Made by a program: the position numbers and the translations under genes. From Octopus bimaculoides (taxonomy: Eukaryota), in assembly GCF_001194135.2 (NCBI RefSeq), contig NC_068982.1, positions 162,608,778 through 162,672,777 of the forward strand: a stretch of 64,000 nucleotides of DNA, written 5' to 3'. Position 1 is the first letter of the stretch, and every line of letters starts with the position of its first letter. The notes under the pieces are model-generated. The model was not told the origin of the DNA. It made no database searches and saw nothing but the letters and a program-made list of their open reading frames with translations. This document shows, piece by piece, positions 12,331 to 25,015 of the stretch.

Positions 12331-12681
12331 TTACTCACACAAGGGGACAATTAACTCAATTCTAGCGTTTCGTTACATATTTGCTGGCTTTGTGCCAATG
12401 AGACAAATAATATTTGTAATGATATCAAATGTAGGTACAAGGCCAGAAGTTATATTAACTCAACTACATTACTGGTACTTATATTATTGAAAGGTAAAAA
12501 TGAAGTAAAGTTAATCTCATCAGGTTTTAAAATTAGTCAGAACTAAAAACCGCAAGACATTTGTACATCATTTTACCAATTTTGCTAAGCCACTGCCCTT
12601 AATAATAATAATATTCACTAAGAATAAGTTGGGATTTATAAGGTTAGTAGACTGAAAAAGAATGAAAACACCATTACTCAC

Positions 12682-12886
12682 CTGACAATACCTTCTGATG
12701 TGCTGGGCACTGATAATATAACTGGAATTGACATCTGGGATTGTTCATTGAGAACAGCCATATTTCGGTAGATTTCCACCTCACTGCGTGGAGCATTGAC
12801 AGTAGCACAGCCCAGGTAGGTAACTCCGTGAAAAATAGTAGCATCACCATTAGGAGTGACTGGCAAAGAGACAGATCGACCTCTGT
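12682..12886 (-). CDS. RABGAP1: RABGAP1-like coding exon 2, start of PTB/PID domain (DRGRSVSLPVTPNGDATIFHGVTYLGCATVNAPRSEVE...SEGIVR)
   Basis: TYLGCATVNAPRSEVE and LSVPSTSEGIVR match the RABGAP1 PTB domain (TYLGCASVNAPRSEVE). Acceptor cctttcattttcag, donor AG|GTGAGT; 205 nt, phase 1 to 2. Confidence 0.95.
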
Positions 12887-13137
12887 CTGAAAATGAAAGG
12901 AATCATATGGTCAGCCTGTTTGGAGTGCAGTTGCTAAGGAATAGCAGGGGTTTTTTTTCTGTGTTAAAAACCCAGAAAAAGTTAAATTTTTCTATATAAA
13001 CTAGTTTGGACAGGAGAATAAGACTGACTGAGGTAACTATATCACATTGGGGCTAGTGTATGCATGTGTCTGTTACTTTTTTAATCATTCCAGGCTTAGG
13101 GTTGTGGCAATGCTAGGGTACACCAATACACACACAT

Positions 13138-13179
<42 letters not shown>

Positions 13180-13439
13180 ACACACACACNNNNNNNNNNN
13201 NNNNNNNNNNNNNNNNNNNNNNNNNNNNNNNNNNNNNNNNNNNNNNNNNNNNNNNNNNNNNNNNNNNNNNNNNNNNNNNNNNNNNNNNNNNNNNNNNNNN
13301 NNNNNNNNNNNNNNNNNNNNNNNNNNNNNNNNNNNNNNNNNNNNNNNNNNNNNNNNNNNNNNNNNNNNNNNNNNNNNNNNATATTTCAATAAGTAACAAT
13401 GATCGATCTATCTGATTTCAAAAAAAAAACAAATTGTTG

Positions 13440-14378
13440 GAAGAGGATAGTTGGAACTCAGTCACTAAAACTGCTGTCATGTTGCCATTCCAAAACCAAG
13501 GTAAAACCTGCTCTGGCAAGCATAATTTTGAATGGACGACAAAGACTACAGAACAGTGAAGTATAGTGTATCAAATAACCACTGAATTATGGCAGCAAAA
13601 GTGACAACAGAGCTAAACCAACATTTTTGTGAACAATGTGTTAATTAAAAGCATTTGATCTGAGCTCCATAAAGTTGGATACCTGGGAGGAATGTAATTG
13701 CTAATCCTGTCCCCCATCAACATTGATAAGTAGAAAATTCAATGTCTAGGCTATCAGAAGTGGTCAATGGCTCATTGAAACAAAATTTTCTCTGATGAAT
13801 CATCCCTTTTTCCCCAATTTAGAGCAAGTATATGTCTATCCAAAGAAGTCTTCAACCCTAACTATTTAGTCCCTACCACGAAGTATGGAGGTGTTCTGTA
13901 ATGATTTGGGCAGCCATATCATGGAATTCTCTTAGCCCTTTAGTTGTTCTACATGGAAGAGTTAATGGCAAGGACTTTTTGAAAATTTTGGTTAATTACG
14001 TCCATTTTGTTGTATAAACATTCTACCTGATGGTAGCACAGTCTTCCAGGACAATTATGCACTAATTCTCATGGCTAATGTCATTCAAAATTCATATGAA
14101 AAGCACAAAAGTCGAGTAGGCCACTTGGATTGCTTCCCACCCCAATCACTGGATCTCAGTATAATAAAATATTTATGGTACATTTTGGAGAAGCAATTGA
14201 GGAGTTGCTTTCCTCTGCTCTTGTTGCTGAAAGAGCTAAAGCAGGTTTTACTTGAAAAATGGCTAAAGATTCCCCTAACATTAAAGCTGTTATTGATGCC
14301 AAAGGTAGACCAACCCCATATTAAATAATAAAACTTCCATTTAACAAGGTGTTTCCATTATTTTATCCAACTACACAC
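13440..14378 (+). mobile_element. Tc1-type transposase relic (degenerate)
   Basis: Frameshifted remnants: VMIWAAISWNSLSPLVVLHGRVN, VFQDNYA, PPQSLDLSIIKYLWYILEKQLR (the QSPDLNIIE.LW motif) and C-terminal AKGRPTPY* (TAA 14322-14324). Confidence 0.85.
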
Positions 14379-15004
14379 ACACACATATATATATATATAA
14401 CACAGGGACATGTTTTACAAAATTCTTGATACGAAATCATGTGTTGTAATTTTATAATGTACTTCATGCTGCCAATCAAAAATTAATACATAAATTTACT
14501 AATTAATTGACTAATTGTCAAATTAATTGATCATAAAACTGAAATGAAATAACTAGAACATATATCTTAACTTTTCACATCCTTTTGAAACTTATCTAAG
14601 TTAAAAAAGTTCAGTACTGTGATGATTGTTTACAGAATAAAAATAGATACAAGAGATTAGAGTTTTCTCCCTTGCAACAGAGAGTGCTACACTTACTTTA
14701 AAATGAATGTAAACAAGATTAGTGTTTGTGTAATGTTGTATGTTTCAGGATTGGCCAACTGATGCAGTCTCATGCGGTATTATGTCCTACAGGAAATTAA
14801 GAGTTATCTGGAACATGATCTCTCCCAAAGTGAAAGAATCAAACTGTCAATTAAACCACATGCACTGTATTTCACATCAGTTTTATTATTAATTAACTAG
14901 ATAATTAATTTAGCAAGTCTCTACTTGATAAAAACTGTAGTGGAACACATCAGTGCATGTGCTTGAATTGGCTGTATGACTCTCCCAAAGTGCCACAACA
15001 AATA

Positions 15005-15016
15005 TATATGTATGTG

Positions 15017-15107
<91 letters not shown>

Positions 15108-15130
15108 TGCAGTGGGGATGTGTGTGTGTG

Positions 15131-15167
<37 letters not shown>

Positions 15168-15188
15168 CAGTGGGGATGTGTGTGTGTG

Positions 15189-15227
<39 letters not shown>

Positions 15228-15252
15228 CAGTGGGGATGTGTGTGTGTGTGTG
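15005..15252 (+). repeat. Compound microsatellite/minisatellite: (TG)n(TA)n spaced by TTGCAGTGGGGATG, three units
   Basis: The spacer recurs at about 15107, 15165 and 15225 (periods 58 and 60). Confidence 0.9.
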
Positions 15253-16184
15253 CATACAGATATGTATAAATGTGTGCATGTTTATCTGATAGTGACATCT
15301 TATAAATTTATATATTCTCCTAAGAATATATATCAAATGTAAACAATAACCTTTCAAAAGAGAAGAGTAGGAAAGCAACTAGACAGAAAATTATATGAAT
15401 GAGAAGTATGTCAACACTCAGTGTTTTAGATGTGATTAAAGTTGATACTGGTTGAAAGAGATAATACTTGCTAGATATATCACAAGGTATATGTCATTGT
15501 AGTGGGTGCTGATGAAATGAAAAAAAAAAAAAGACTTCCACTACAGAATGTTACTGTGAGACAGAGAAACAACAGAAAATTTTTAATCTACACCTCTTAA
15601 GAGCTTATGTCTGAAACTTTAGTACAAGTGCAAATTGGGACCAGAAAAGAAATGACTACCTTGCAACACTTGAACAATCCTTGCTCATTATTCTTTTTGT
15701 TAAATATTTTGCCCTTGAGCCTGTATTATTAATGCCTCAATAACTAGATTAATAGAACACTGAGTATTTTACTATAGAAAATAATGGTCTTATCTCAGCT
15801 CATCACACACTTCTCTTTAATCATGTATCTGTGTAACTCTCTCTTTTTCACCCACTGGGAACACAATAAGTGCCTAATAAAATATTGTTGTTGTTAACCA
15901 CAGGTCAGCACTGATCAAGCAGATCTAAGCACAGCAAACCAAGAGCACAGTATCCAATGTGTCCACTTGTAAAATGGTAGGGTACAATCAGGGGTTTGAG
16001 AGAGATTTGGCCATTACTTCTAGCAAGTCAAACACACACATTGAGACTCCATTGACTCAAATAAAATATATATATATAACCATGGTTGAAATAAAGTATA
16101 TTTCACCATTGAACATAATTATGTATATCATCATGGATTATTACAAAATATATGTCACAACAGTGTGATTAAATATATATCCAC

Positions 16185-16990
16185 AAGTAGTTGATAGCTT
16201 CCGTTACCTAGGTAACCAAGTCAGTAGTGGGGGAGGATGCGCTGAAAGTGTAGCTGCTAGAATAAGAATAGCCTGGGCAGAGTTCAGATTGCTCTTACCT
16301 CTGCTGGTGACAAAGTGCCTCTTGCTCAGAGTAAAAGGCAGACTGTATGACACATGTGCACGAACAGCCATGCTACATGGCAGTGAAACATGGGCCGTGA
16401 GTGCTGAGGACATGCGTAAGCTCGCAAGGAATTAAGCCAGTATGCTCCGATGGATATGTAATGTCAGTGTGCATATTCAACAGAGTGTAAGTACCTTGAG
16501 AAAAAAGTTGGACCTAAGAAGCATCAGATGTGATGTGCAAAAGAGACGACTGCACTGGTATAGTCATGTGGTGAGAATGAATGAGGATAGCTGTGAGAAA
16601 AAGTGCCACACCCTAGCGGTTGAGGGAACCTGTGGAAGAGGTAGACCCAGGAAGAACTGGGATGAGGTGGTGAAGCACAACCTTCAAACATTAGCCCTCA
16701 CTGAGGCAATGACTAGTGACTGAGACCTTTGGAAATATGCTGTGCATGAGAAGACTCGGCAAGCCAAGTGAGATCATAACCCGTGGCCTTTGCCAGGGGT
16801 GTAGCCAGCGTACCTTTCCTTCATTGGACACTAAACTCTGCTTGCGAAGACCTGTTGAGGCAAGTCAAAGTCAAATCAAATTTGCAAATTCGATGACTGG
16901 CACCTGTGCCAGTGGAGCGCTAACAGCAACATCTGAGCGTGATCGCTGCCAGAGCAGCTGACTGGCTTCCGTGCCGGTGGCACGTAAAAA
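16185..16990 (+). mobile_element. RTE-clade LINE 3' fragment
   Basis: VVDSFRYLG...RIRIAWAEFR...RVKGRLYD...MLHGSETW...N*ASMLRWIC...RRLHWYSHVVRM...GRGRPRKNWDEVVK, with one in-frame stop. The 3'UTR carries the gccagtggcacgtaaaa motif shared with repeat family B. Confidence 0.9.
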
Positions 16991-19213
16991 CCACTATTTG
17001 ACAAGACACAAATAACCAGTCAGGGGTATAAATCGAATATTCAATAGCAGATCACAGTTGTAACTCTTCAACAACAGATTCCTGATTCTAAGAATAGTCA
17101 TCATAAAACTAATGTTATGATGGGTCAAATCACAGCAGACCCATTTATAACTTAAATCAAATGTAAGTAACTGGTGGTAGTTGAGCCAACATGTTCCAGT
17201 TGACTGGTAATATTTGACACTGGTAATAACTTGTCAACTCATGGAAGAAATCACTGATTGGGTCCTCTCGTTTTCTTTCATGTTGATTTTTTAACACCCA
17301 AGTTAGCCCTGATCCATTAAATGAGTTCTAGCCATGATCAACCCATCTATTTCAGGCAGCGTATCTAGGAGACATTATCCAATATGACTTCCTTTTTCAA
17401 GACATTCACCTGATTGTAATTTGAGTGGTGTTTGGTTGCTATTTCTAGCAGGTCAAGTAACCGTGTAGAAGCTCCCTTCCTTTCTTATACTGTTTTTCCT
17501 TTCTTTTCTCACTCTATAAAATCAATATCTAATTTTACAAATATGGTTATATATCTTTATACCTAAGTACTTCATAATTTCTCACAGTTGAGATTGTTTC
17601 TTTATTGCCTACTATTTCTGTGAAATCATTCTGAAGATGTGTGTGTAAACACAAAACAGTTAGCCACTGTCAGCTCAAAATCAAAACAAATAAAATGTTC
17701 TATGCTTGAAAACATTGAGAACTTTAATAAAAAAGAAGATAATTGAATAGCCATCTCCTTGATCATTTTATGAAGATTATCTAATATGTATACAAATATA
17801 AATCAACTGCTCAGTTACGAGGGCATGTATCTATATTATTTATCAAACAGCACTTTGTTATCGTCTTCTCCCAATATAAACACACATACACACAGCATAT
17901 ACACACCTGCGATAGAAAAGGCATTAACTATTTAAGTTAAGTATTTCTATCCTCTGCATAAAAATAACAAAAATATTAGAATATACTTGTTTCTAACAAT
18001 GCAAATGGAATGCCAATAAGCTGTACAGTTAATTTGAGCAACAAAATCTCAGTAGAACAGAAAGAACTTTCCTTTCCACTGAAGAAACACCAGATGAGAT
18101 GAATAGCTAATTATATAACAGATATAAGTACAAATGGTAGAAGGTTCAATCTCAGTGTAACAGAACACAGAGAATACAATGACCAACTTTTGAAAGTTGA
18201 AACCACTGATAACTTCAATCTAGGTTAATCACCACAGAAATAATTAAGCAGCTTGAAAATAATCAAGATAATTCTGACAACTGAAATATTAGAGAGAAAT
18301 GCATGATTTTAAATTACTTGATTTTTGTGGCCCCAGTAAATTTAAACAACACTGAAAAATACATTAGATTTTTTTTTTGTGTGTTAACCCAACAGATTTA
18401 TGTAATATTTGAAATATGTGTTACCCCAGTCAATTTTTGAAATCTCTAAATTGAGATTATACAAAAAACAATTCAAAGAAATTTTCTTTTTCCATTCTTC
18501 ACATATATTTTGATTTAGATGGATGAAAAATCTTCATACTTTTAAAAAGGGTAGTTAGCATTTCAGATTTCATGCAATGTAAACAAGGATAAAGAATAAG
18601 ATTATTTGATTGTGTGAATGGAAAGTAAGTATCATCATTAGTAAATAATAAGTTGAAGGGACAAGCTAATTGTTAATTTAAGTATACAAACAGACTCCAT
18701 TTATTGTTTAACAAATATGCATTGCAGCAAGACAGACTAAAGTTGACTTATTGCATTGCTTATACATTCATGTTAACTACAAGCAAGACAAACAAGTTGC
18801 CAAGTTCTATTCTCTGAAAGTCAAGTTTGCAATTAACAGAGAACATGAAAGAGAAATATCAAAAGAGAGCAATGGGTTAGGAATTGTAGTACATAACTGG
18901 AAGAAGGTTTGTATCAACTGTCAAGGGTCTGAGGGTTAAAAACTAGATTAGAAATTCTGAAAATGAGCAGACAACACAGTGTGGAAAACATGCAGATAAA
19001 ATAATATCACCTTTTTGCCTAAAACTTGAGAGGAAACAGAATTAATGCAGTTTATTGAATGATATTGCAAAACAAAGACATTTCAAAATAGCTGATGACA
19101 GAAGAATAATTCTATAATTTAGTGATCACAAAAATCAACAAATAATCCAAACAAAATTTAATCCATAATATTTAGAAATTTATTAAAAAAATTAGATCAT
19201 TTTATTCTCAGAA

Positions 19214-19249
19214 ATAATAATAATAATAATTTTAATAATAATAATAATT

Positions 19250-19300
<51 letters not shown>
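19214..19300 (+). repeat. (AAT)n microsatellite (SINE C tail)
   Basis: Direct observation. Confidence 0.9.
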
Positions 19301-19301
19301 G

Positions 19302-19512
19302 TTTCAAATTTTGCCACAAGGGCAGCAATCTGGGGGGAGGGGATGAGTCAATTACATCAACCCCAGTGTTCAACTGGTACTTATTTTATCGACCCCAAAA
19401 GGATGAAAGGCAAAGTTGACACTAGCAGAATTTGAACTCAGAACAGAGTGATGAGTGAAATACCACTAAGCATTTCATCCAGCATGCTAACAATTCTGCC
19501 AGCTTGCCACCT
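19302..19512 (-). mobile_element. tRNA-derived SINE family C with (TTA)n tail
   Basis: ccccagtgttcaactggtacttattttatcgacccc...aaaggatgaaaggcaaagt...gaatttgaactcagaa, recurring at 19681, 24283, 26975, 45717 and 62119. Confidence 0.85.
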
Positions 19513-19534
19513 TAATAACAATAATAACAATAAC

Positions 19535-19572
<38 letters not shown>

Positions 19573-19680
19573 CACAGCACATACCCAAGGCGCACAGAGC
19601 TGCGCTCGGTAGTGAAGTGAAAGCACGTTATAAAAATAAAACTACTGAATAATAATAATAATAATAACAATAATAATAAT

Positions 19681-19862
19681 TGGCACAAGGCCAATGATTT
19701 TTAAGGGAGAGGGTAGGTCAATTACACTCGTCCCAGTGCTTGACTGGTATTTATTTTATCAACCTCAAAAGGATGAAAGACAAAGCTGAACCCAGCAGCA
19801 CTTGAACTCAGAACATAAAGACAGGCGAAATGCTGCTAAGCATGTAATCCAGCATGCTAATG
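19681..19862 (-). mobile_element. SINE family C
   Basis: Collinear with 19302-19512. Confidence 0.82.
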
Positions 19863-20589
19863 GTTCAAAATGCACGCTATTATCAAATTAGTTTTAGCTA
19901 TATAAGTTTATTTTACTGTTTTTATGAGTTTCAGAATAACCTAAGTTATTCAATCGTTGGACATTCAAAGTTAGTCACTCTAAAAACTTGTGTATTATGG
20001 AATACAAAACTCTACTAATACAGTACTATTTCTCTTCTATTAACACTTTACAATTTCTGCTCTGCTAACACAGCACTATATCTGTTCTAGTAACATAATA
20101 CTATGTCTACTGTACTAAACACAGTACAACATCTACTCTCTAGTAACGCAAAATTAGTTCTATTCTATTACTATAGCACTAGCTCAACTCTTCTGACACA
20201 ATACTGTCTACTATGAAGCAAGATTGCAAGACAGTGTAACATTGACCCCAATATTTTAATTCAGTGATGGAAATAACAACCAATGACTGAAACATTACAG
20301 CATTAATTGATAAGTAAACATATTAAACGAACAGTATTGAATTAGGAGTGCAGTATGGAGAGGCAGATGTTTCACAGGTAAGATGAATAATCAAAAGTTC
20401 ACTGCATACACTGGATTTATTTACACCTGATATATCAATAAGTGAAATGGGAGGATGATCTTGATGAGCAAAAGTGGTGAGGGAAGTGAATGGACAAAGA
20501 GTAAGAAGGAAACAATATCAAAGGAATTCTATAAAAGCAGACATAGACAGCAAAAACATAAAAGAAGTCTAATGATTTTTTTATCTTTT

Positions 20590-20809
20590 TTTTATCTTTT
20601 ACTTGTTTCAGTTATTGGACTGTGGCTGTGTTGAAGACAATGTGTTGAATGAATTGACCCCAGTACTTTATTGGGTTTTTTTAAAGTCTGATATTTATTC
20701 TATCAGTCTCTCTTGCTGAACTGCTAAGCTACAGGGTTATAAACAAACCTAAACAGTTGTCAAGTAGTGGTAGTGGGGAACAAACACAAAGGCACACATA
20801 TGTCCATGT

Positions 20810-20845
<36 letters not shown>

Positions 20846-21100
20846 TGTGTGTGTGAGGTGAGGTGTGTGTGTGTGTGAGAGGTGTGTGTGTGTGTGTGTG
20901 TGTGTGAGGTGTGTGCGTGTGTGAGGTGTGTGTGTGTGTGAGGTGTGTGTGTAACAGGTTTCCACACAGTTTCTATCTACCAAATCCACTCGCAAAGCAT
21001 TAGTCAAACTGGAGCTATAATAGAAGCCACTTGCCCAAGGTGCTGTGTAGTGGGACTGAACACAAAATCATGTGGTTGCAGAGTTAGCTTCTTTACATGC
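20590..21100 (-). mobile_element. SINE family A with expanded internal (TG)n/GAGGTGT repeat
   Basis: cttttacttgtttcagt... tail and caaatccactc...ttgcccaaggtgc...gtgggactgaa head in reverse orientation. Confidence 0.78.
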
Positions 21101-24100
21101 TTAACATGTAAAGAATTTTCAAATAAGTTCATGACACCTATAGACTGATTACAAATTAACTGCTAAGAATGTAATTGATATTAAATATTGAAGTGTTTAT
21201 AACATTGTATTAAAACTGCTGTACTTGGTTAATTATTTGATTACAGGGTTACTTCCAATTGCAAATGTCACTATGCTAGACATTGGAGGAATAGCTTGTC
21301 TTTTTGTGAACAGAGACTGACAATGCTGTAGATAAAATAATTTATACAATTTGGGATGCCAAGGCACTCTGTAGGAAATCTGGTAATACTGTCACCTGGA
21401 TAACAATATATACAAACTAAGTTCTGTCAGTGGGTTTTGTTTTTCTTTTTTGTACCAATTTAAAGTTTATAATAAATTACTTCAACTATTGTTCCAAGTT
21501 GAAGAAAGAAATAAAATAAAAGAAATGTTATCAAACACCAGAAGAGACAAAAAGCTACTGACACACAATAATAATAATATTAATAATTATATTAAAGCCA
21601 AAGTGAATCAGGAAATATTTTACTAAAATATACACAGTCCAATCAAAATATTCTCATGCTTATTTTATATAATTTCAATAATATCCCTGGAAAAGTGGGG
21701 TGTATAATAAATGTTTGCTATAGATATGTCACAGAAATTTAAGCATGAATAATCTCAACTTCAGGGCATGAAGAACATAAAGTAAATTTAGCTACAAAAA
21801 TTTTGTCAATATTATTGATTTTGTAAAATGAAATATAAAAAATTTATTAAATGGATTCAAGTACAACAGACTGAATATACTAAATATATTATTACACAAA
21901 CTGCAACATAACTGAACATGCTATAACATATCATATCATTATATTGATATTAATGTTGTGTTATTATATTAGATATCAATGAAGTATATTGCTGTGATAA
22001 CCTTGTTAGTAAAAAAAATACTCTAAGCATCAATTATTAGAAACCTCCTTTAAACCAGGTATAATTTATATTTCTGCCAAGAGAGCAGGTTTTCTGTGAT
22101 ATTAGATAATTCTACACCTGAATCTAAATCAATTTAATACCTTAAAATCAAATATTGACCTATGCCAACACATTTCATACTTGCCAAATGGTCAAGGTTA
22201 ATAGTTTTTTACTGCCAATTTTTTTTTTTTGTTATTGATTTTAGGAAGCCGGAATCATATATGAAAAGGAACATTTAGTAAAGAACTAAATAACAGAATA
22301 GTGATTGAATGTCACAACATCCCAGCCTATAAATCTAAGGCATTGTATCTATTTCAGAAAACAATGTTAAATAGGTAAACATTAAGCAGATAAAATACAC
22401 TGTTTGACTAATTAAATATGTGAGGATAACAACAACTACAGCTGACCTAGAGTAGATGCTGAAAATATACCAGTTTACGATAGTATATATAGCAGCCATA
22501 TATATACAAATAAATCAAAAGCTTTTTTTCTTTTTTATAGTTACTATAAAGGGAAAATTCAACATCTAACTAACATGAAAAATAAATGATCTCTCTGGAT
22601 GGAAAGACTAAAATTATGTAGCATCAAGAATCAATTTTCAAATTCTCCTAAATGGAAAATAATGTATAAATGATTTTCAACAGCAAACAAATACTAGACT
22701 TTTTATCTTTTAAAAATATAGTATAATAGTTGTAAAATTGATAACAATAAATTTTAACAACTACTCACGTAATAACATATCCTGCTGATCAATGAGAAAC
22801 ATAAGAATTAATATTAACATCAGCTAACAGATGAGGACATGAAAAAAATTTCCTGGTTTGATTGATATGTAATCATAATTGTTGTGTTGAAAATAAACAT
22901 TTTAGTTTAAAGACAATAAAGTGATAAGGTCTCAAATTACTAGTGCAGTAACACACAACTATATTCATAAAGTTCACACTTGTTTATCTCTTAGCAGCTA
23001 AATATCTCAGCTTACTATTGAGAGGCAAAGGACCTAATTAGATGAGAGGCAGGAGAGGATAAGATTAACTAGTTATAAGAGACTTTACTGCAATCAGATA
23101 ATATCAGATTCATGCACTCAGATACTGACACTTTCCTGAAAACAAATTAATATTGTAAATATTTTATTCTCTTTTCTGTATTTTACTTTGTGTTGTTGCT
23201 GTTGTTTCATTTTTACCCTAATTTTCTAAAGAAATATAAGAGTTCTGTCTCAGAGCTAAACTATAATTTCAATGTTCATGAACTAAAATAAACAAAATTT
23301 CTAGTCATGGAAATAAGTTAACTATTCACTTGATTTTATGTTACATTGAGTTACAAATCCTTGTTGATTATCATGTACAGTTACTCTCAGAACCACCAAC
23401 TCCATCTCTATAACAGTGTCACTGCTAACTAACTGTACCTTGTTGTCAACATAGCTGTCAGAAGTAAATTTTGTGTCCTGCCAACATAACTGAGTCACTA
23501 TCAGCTGTATTCTTCCATATTACTAATTCAGTTTGGGATAATATAAACATTCTTAAGTGAGATTCAGCTAATCTACTGGATCACATGGGTCTAAGTTCAA
23601 ATCTTACTATGCCACTGTGTTACATAACTTTGAACATTAACATTAATGCTGTTATTATTCCATCTTACTACACTGACATACTTATATACACAAGGAGGCT
23701 TCTACATAATAACTTGACCTACCAGAAATAGCAACCAAATTTCCTTCTAATCACACTCTAGTATCTTAAATGAAAGAGACATTGGATGATAATATAAATC
23801 TAAAAACACAATGTCTAAATAAAAGACAGGATGATGACAATTTGAACAACTTTGAAAGGACTTCTCCTTTTACTGGATATACATGTGCAAATCCATTAAT
23901 ATCCACAGAATTTATATGTGTGTGAGTGTGTGTATACATATATATATATTGATCATCTCTAATTCTTGCCAACAGAGATAAATAAGCTTCACTGGTGAAA
24001 TCTAACAAGATCAAAATGTATCTAATGCTTTCACCAGTTAGCCTGCTTTAAAGACAAAATCCTCTCTGAATTAATTATCTTATTTTCCAAATATTAGGAC

Positions 24101-24282
24101 TGGCTGATATTACTGGGGGGGTTTTCTTTCTTTTTTTTCCTTGTTTGTTGTTTTTAGAGTTTAAACACTCATAGAGAGAGTTTTTCTCTTCTAATCACAA
24201 GGATAGTTTCAGTTAAAGTTTTCCACTGACTATATTACCTACATGAGACTACCATAATAATCCTTTCTGCAATCAGCAGAAA

Positions 24283-24480
24283 GCCTGAAATTTGTGGGGA
24301 GGGGGATAGTTGATTACATTGATCCCCAGTGCTCAACTGGTGCTTATTTTATCAACCCTGAAAGGATGAAAAGCAAAGTCAACCTCAGCAACATTTGGAC
24401 TCAGAATGTAAAGACAGAAAAAAAATGTTGCCAAGCATTTTGTCTAGCATGGTAATGGAGTCTGCCAACTCACAACCTTA
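24283..24480 (-). mobile_element. SINE family C
   Basis: Collinear with 19302-19512. Confidence 0.82.
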
Positions 24481-24519
24481 GACTACCATAATAATGATGA
24501 TGTAGTTTGTTGATAGCAA

Positions 24520-25015
24520 AGTAAAGTTGGTTGTGACAGTTATGTTAACTGGAGTTAATAGTGAGCTGTGCTGATGTAACAATAAAGATAATGGTGATTC
24601 AGTTATGTTGACAGGACGATGACATAATCATGCTGAAAGCGTTACAGCTAATAGTGACACAGTTGATAGTAAAGTATGGCAGATTGACACAAATATGTTA
24701 AATTGTAGTACAGCTAACAGCAACACAGTTACATCAGGACAGGACACTACAACTGGAGGTGACAGTTTGTGACATGTTAAGAGGACAATACAGCTAATAG
24801 TGACGTAGCATGTTTACAGGACAGTATTGCTGTCAGTGGTGCAGTTATGTTGACAGGAGAACACTGCTGGTGGTGACAATTGTTTAGAGGACAACACAGC
24901 TGGTCTGTAGTAGTTAGTGACAATAGAGTTTATTGTGACAGTTTTGTAGACAGGACAGTACAGCCAAGGTAACACAGTTATGTCAATTGGACTTAATAGT
25001 GGTTGTTGCTGATGT
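24520..25015 (+). repeat. Degenerate ~35-40-bp minisatellite (cagctaatagtgacacagttatgttgacaggac-like)
   Basis: Recurring acagttatgtt, gacaggac and cagctaatagt motifs. Confidence 0.6.

Noticed and set aside
14755-14860. Plus-strand exon-like segment after tttcag
   Set aside because: No recognisable homology or convincing donor, and no other exons support an antisense gene.
15083-15252. Regularly spaced repeats superficially like a CRISPR array
   Set aside because: The context is a eukaryotic intron, the spacers are microsatellites, and no cas genes are present.
14921-15378. Overlapping ORFs rich in HT/YI/CV repeats (also at 12081-12490, 13047-13415, 20729-21007 and 42229-42785)
   Set aside because: These are translations of dinucleotide microsatellites and gaps.
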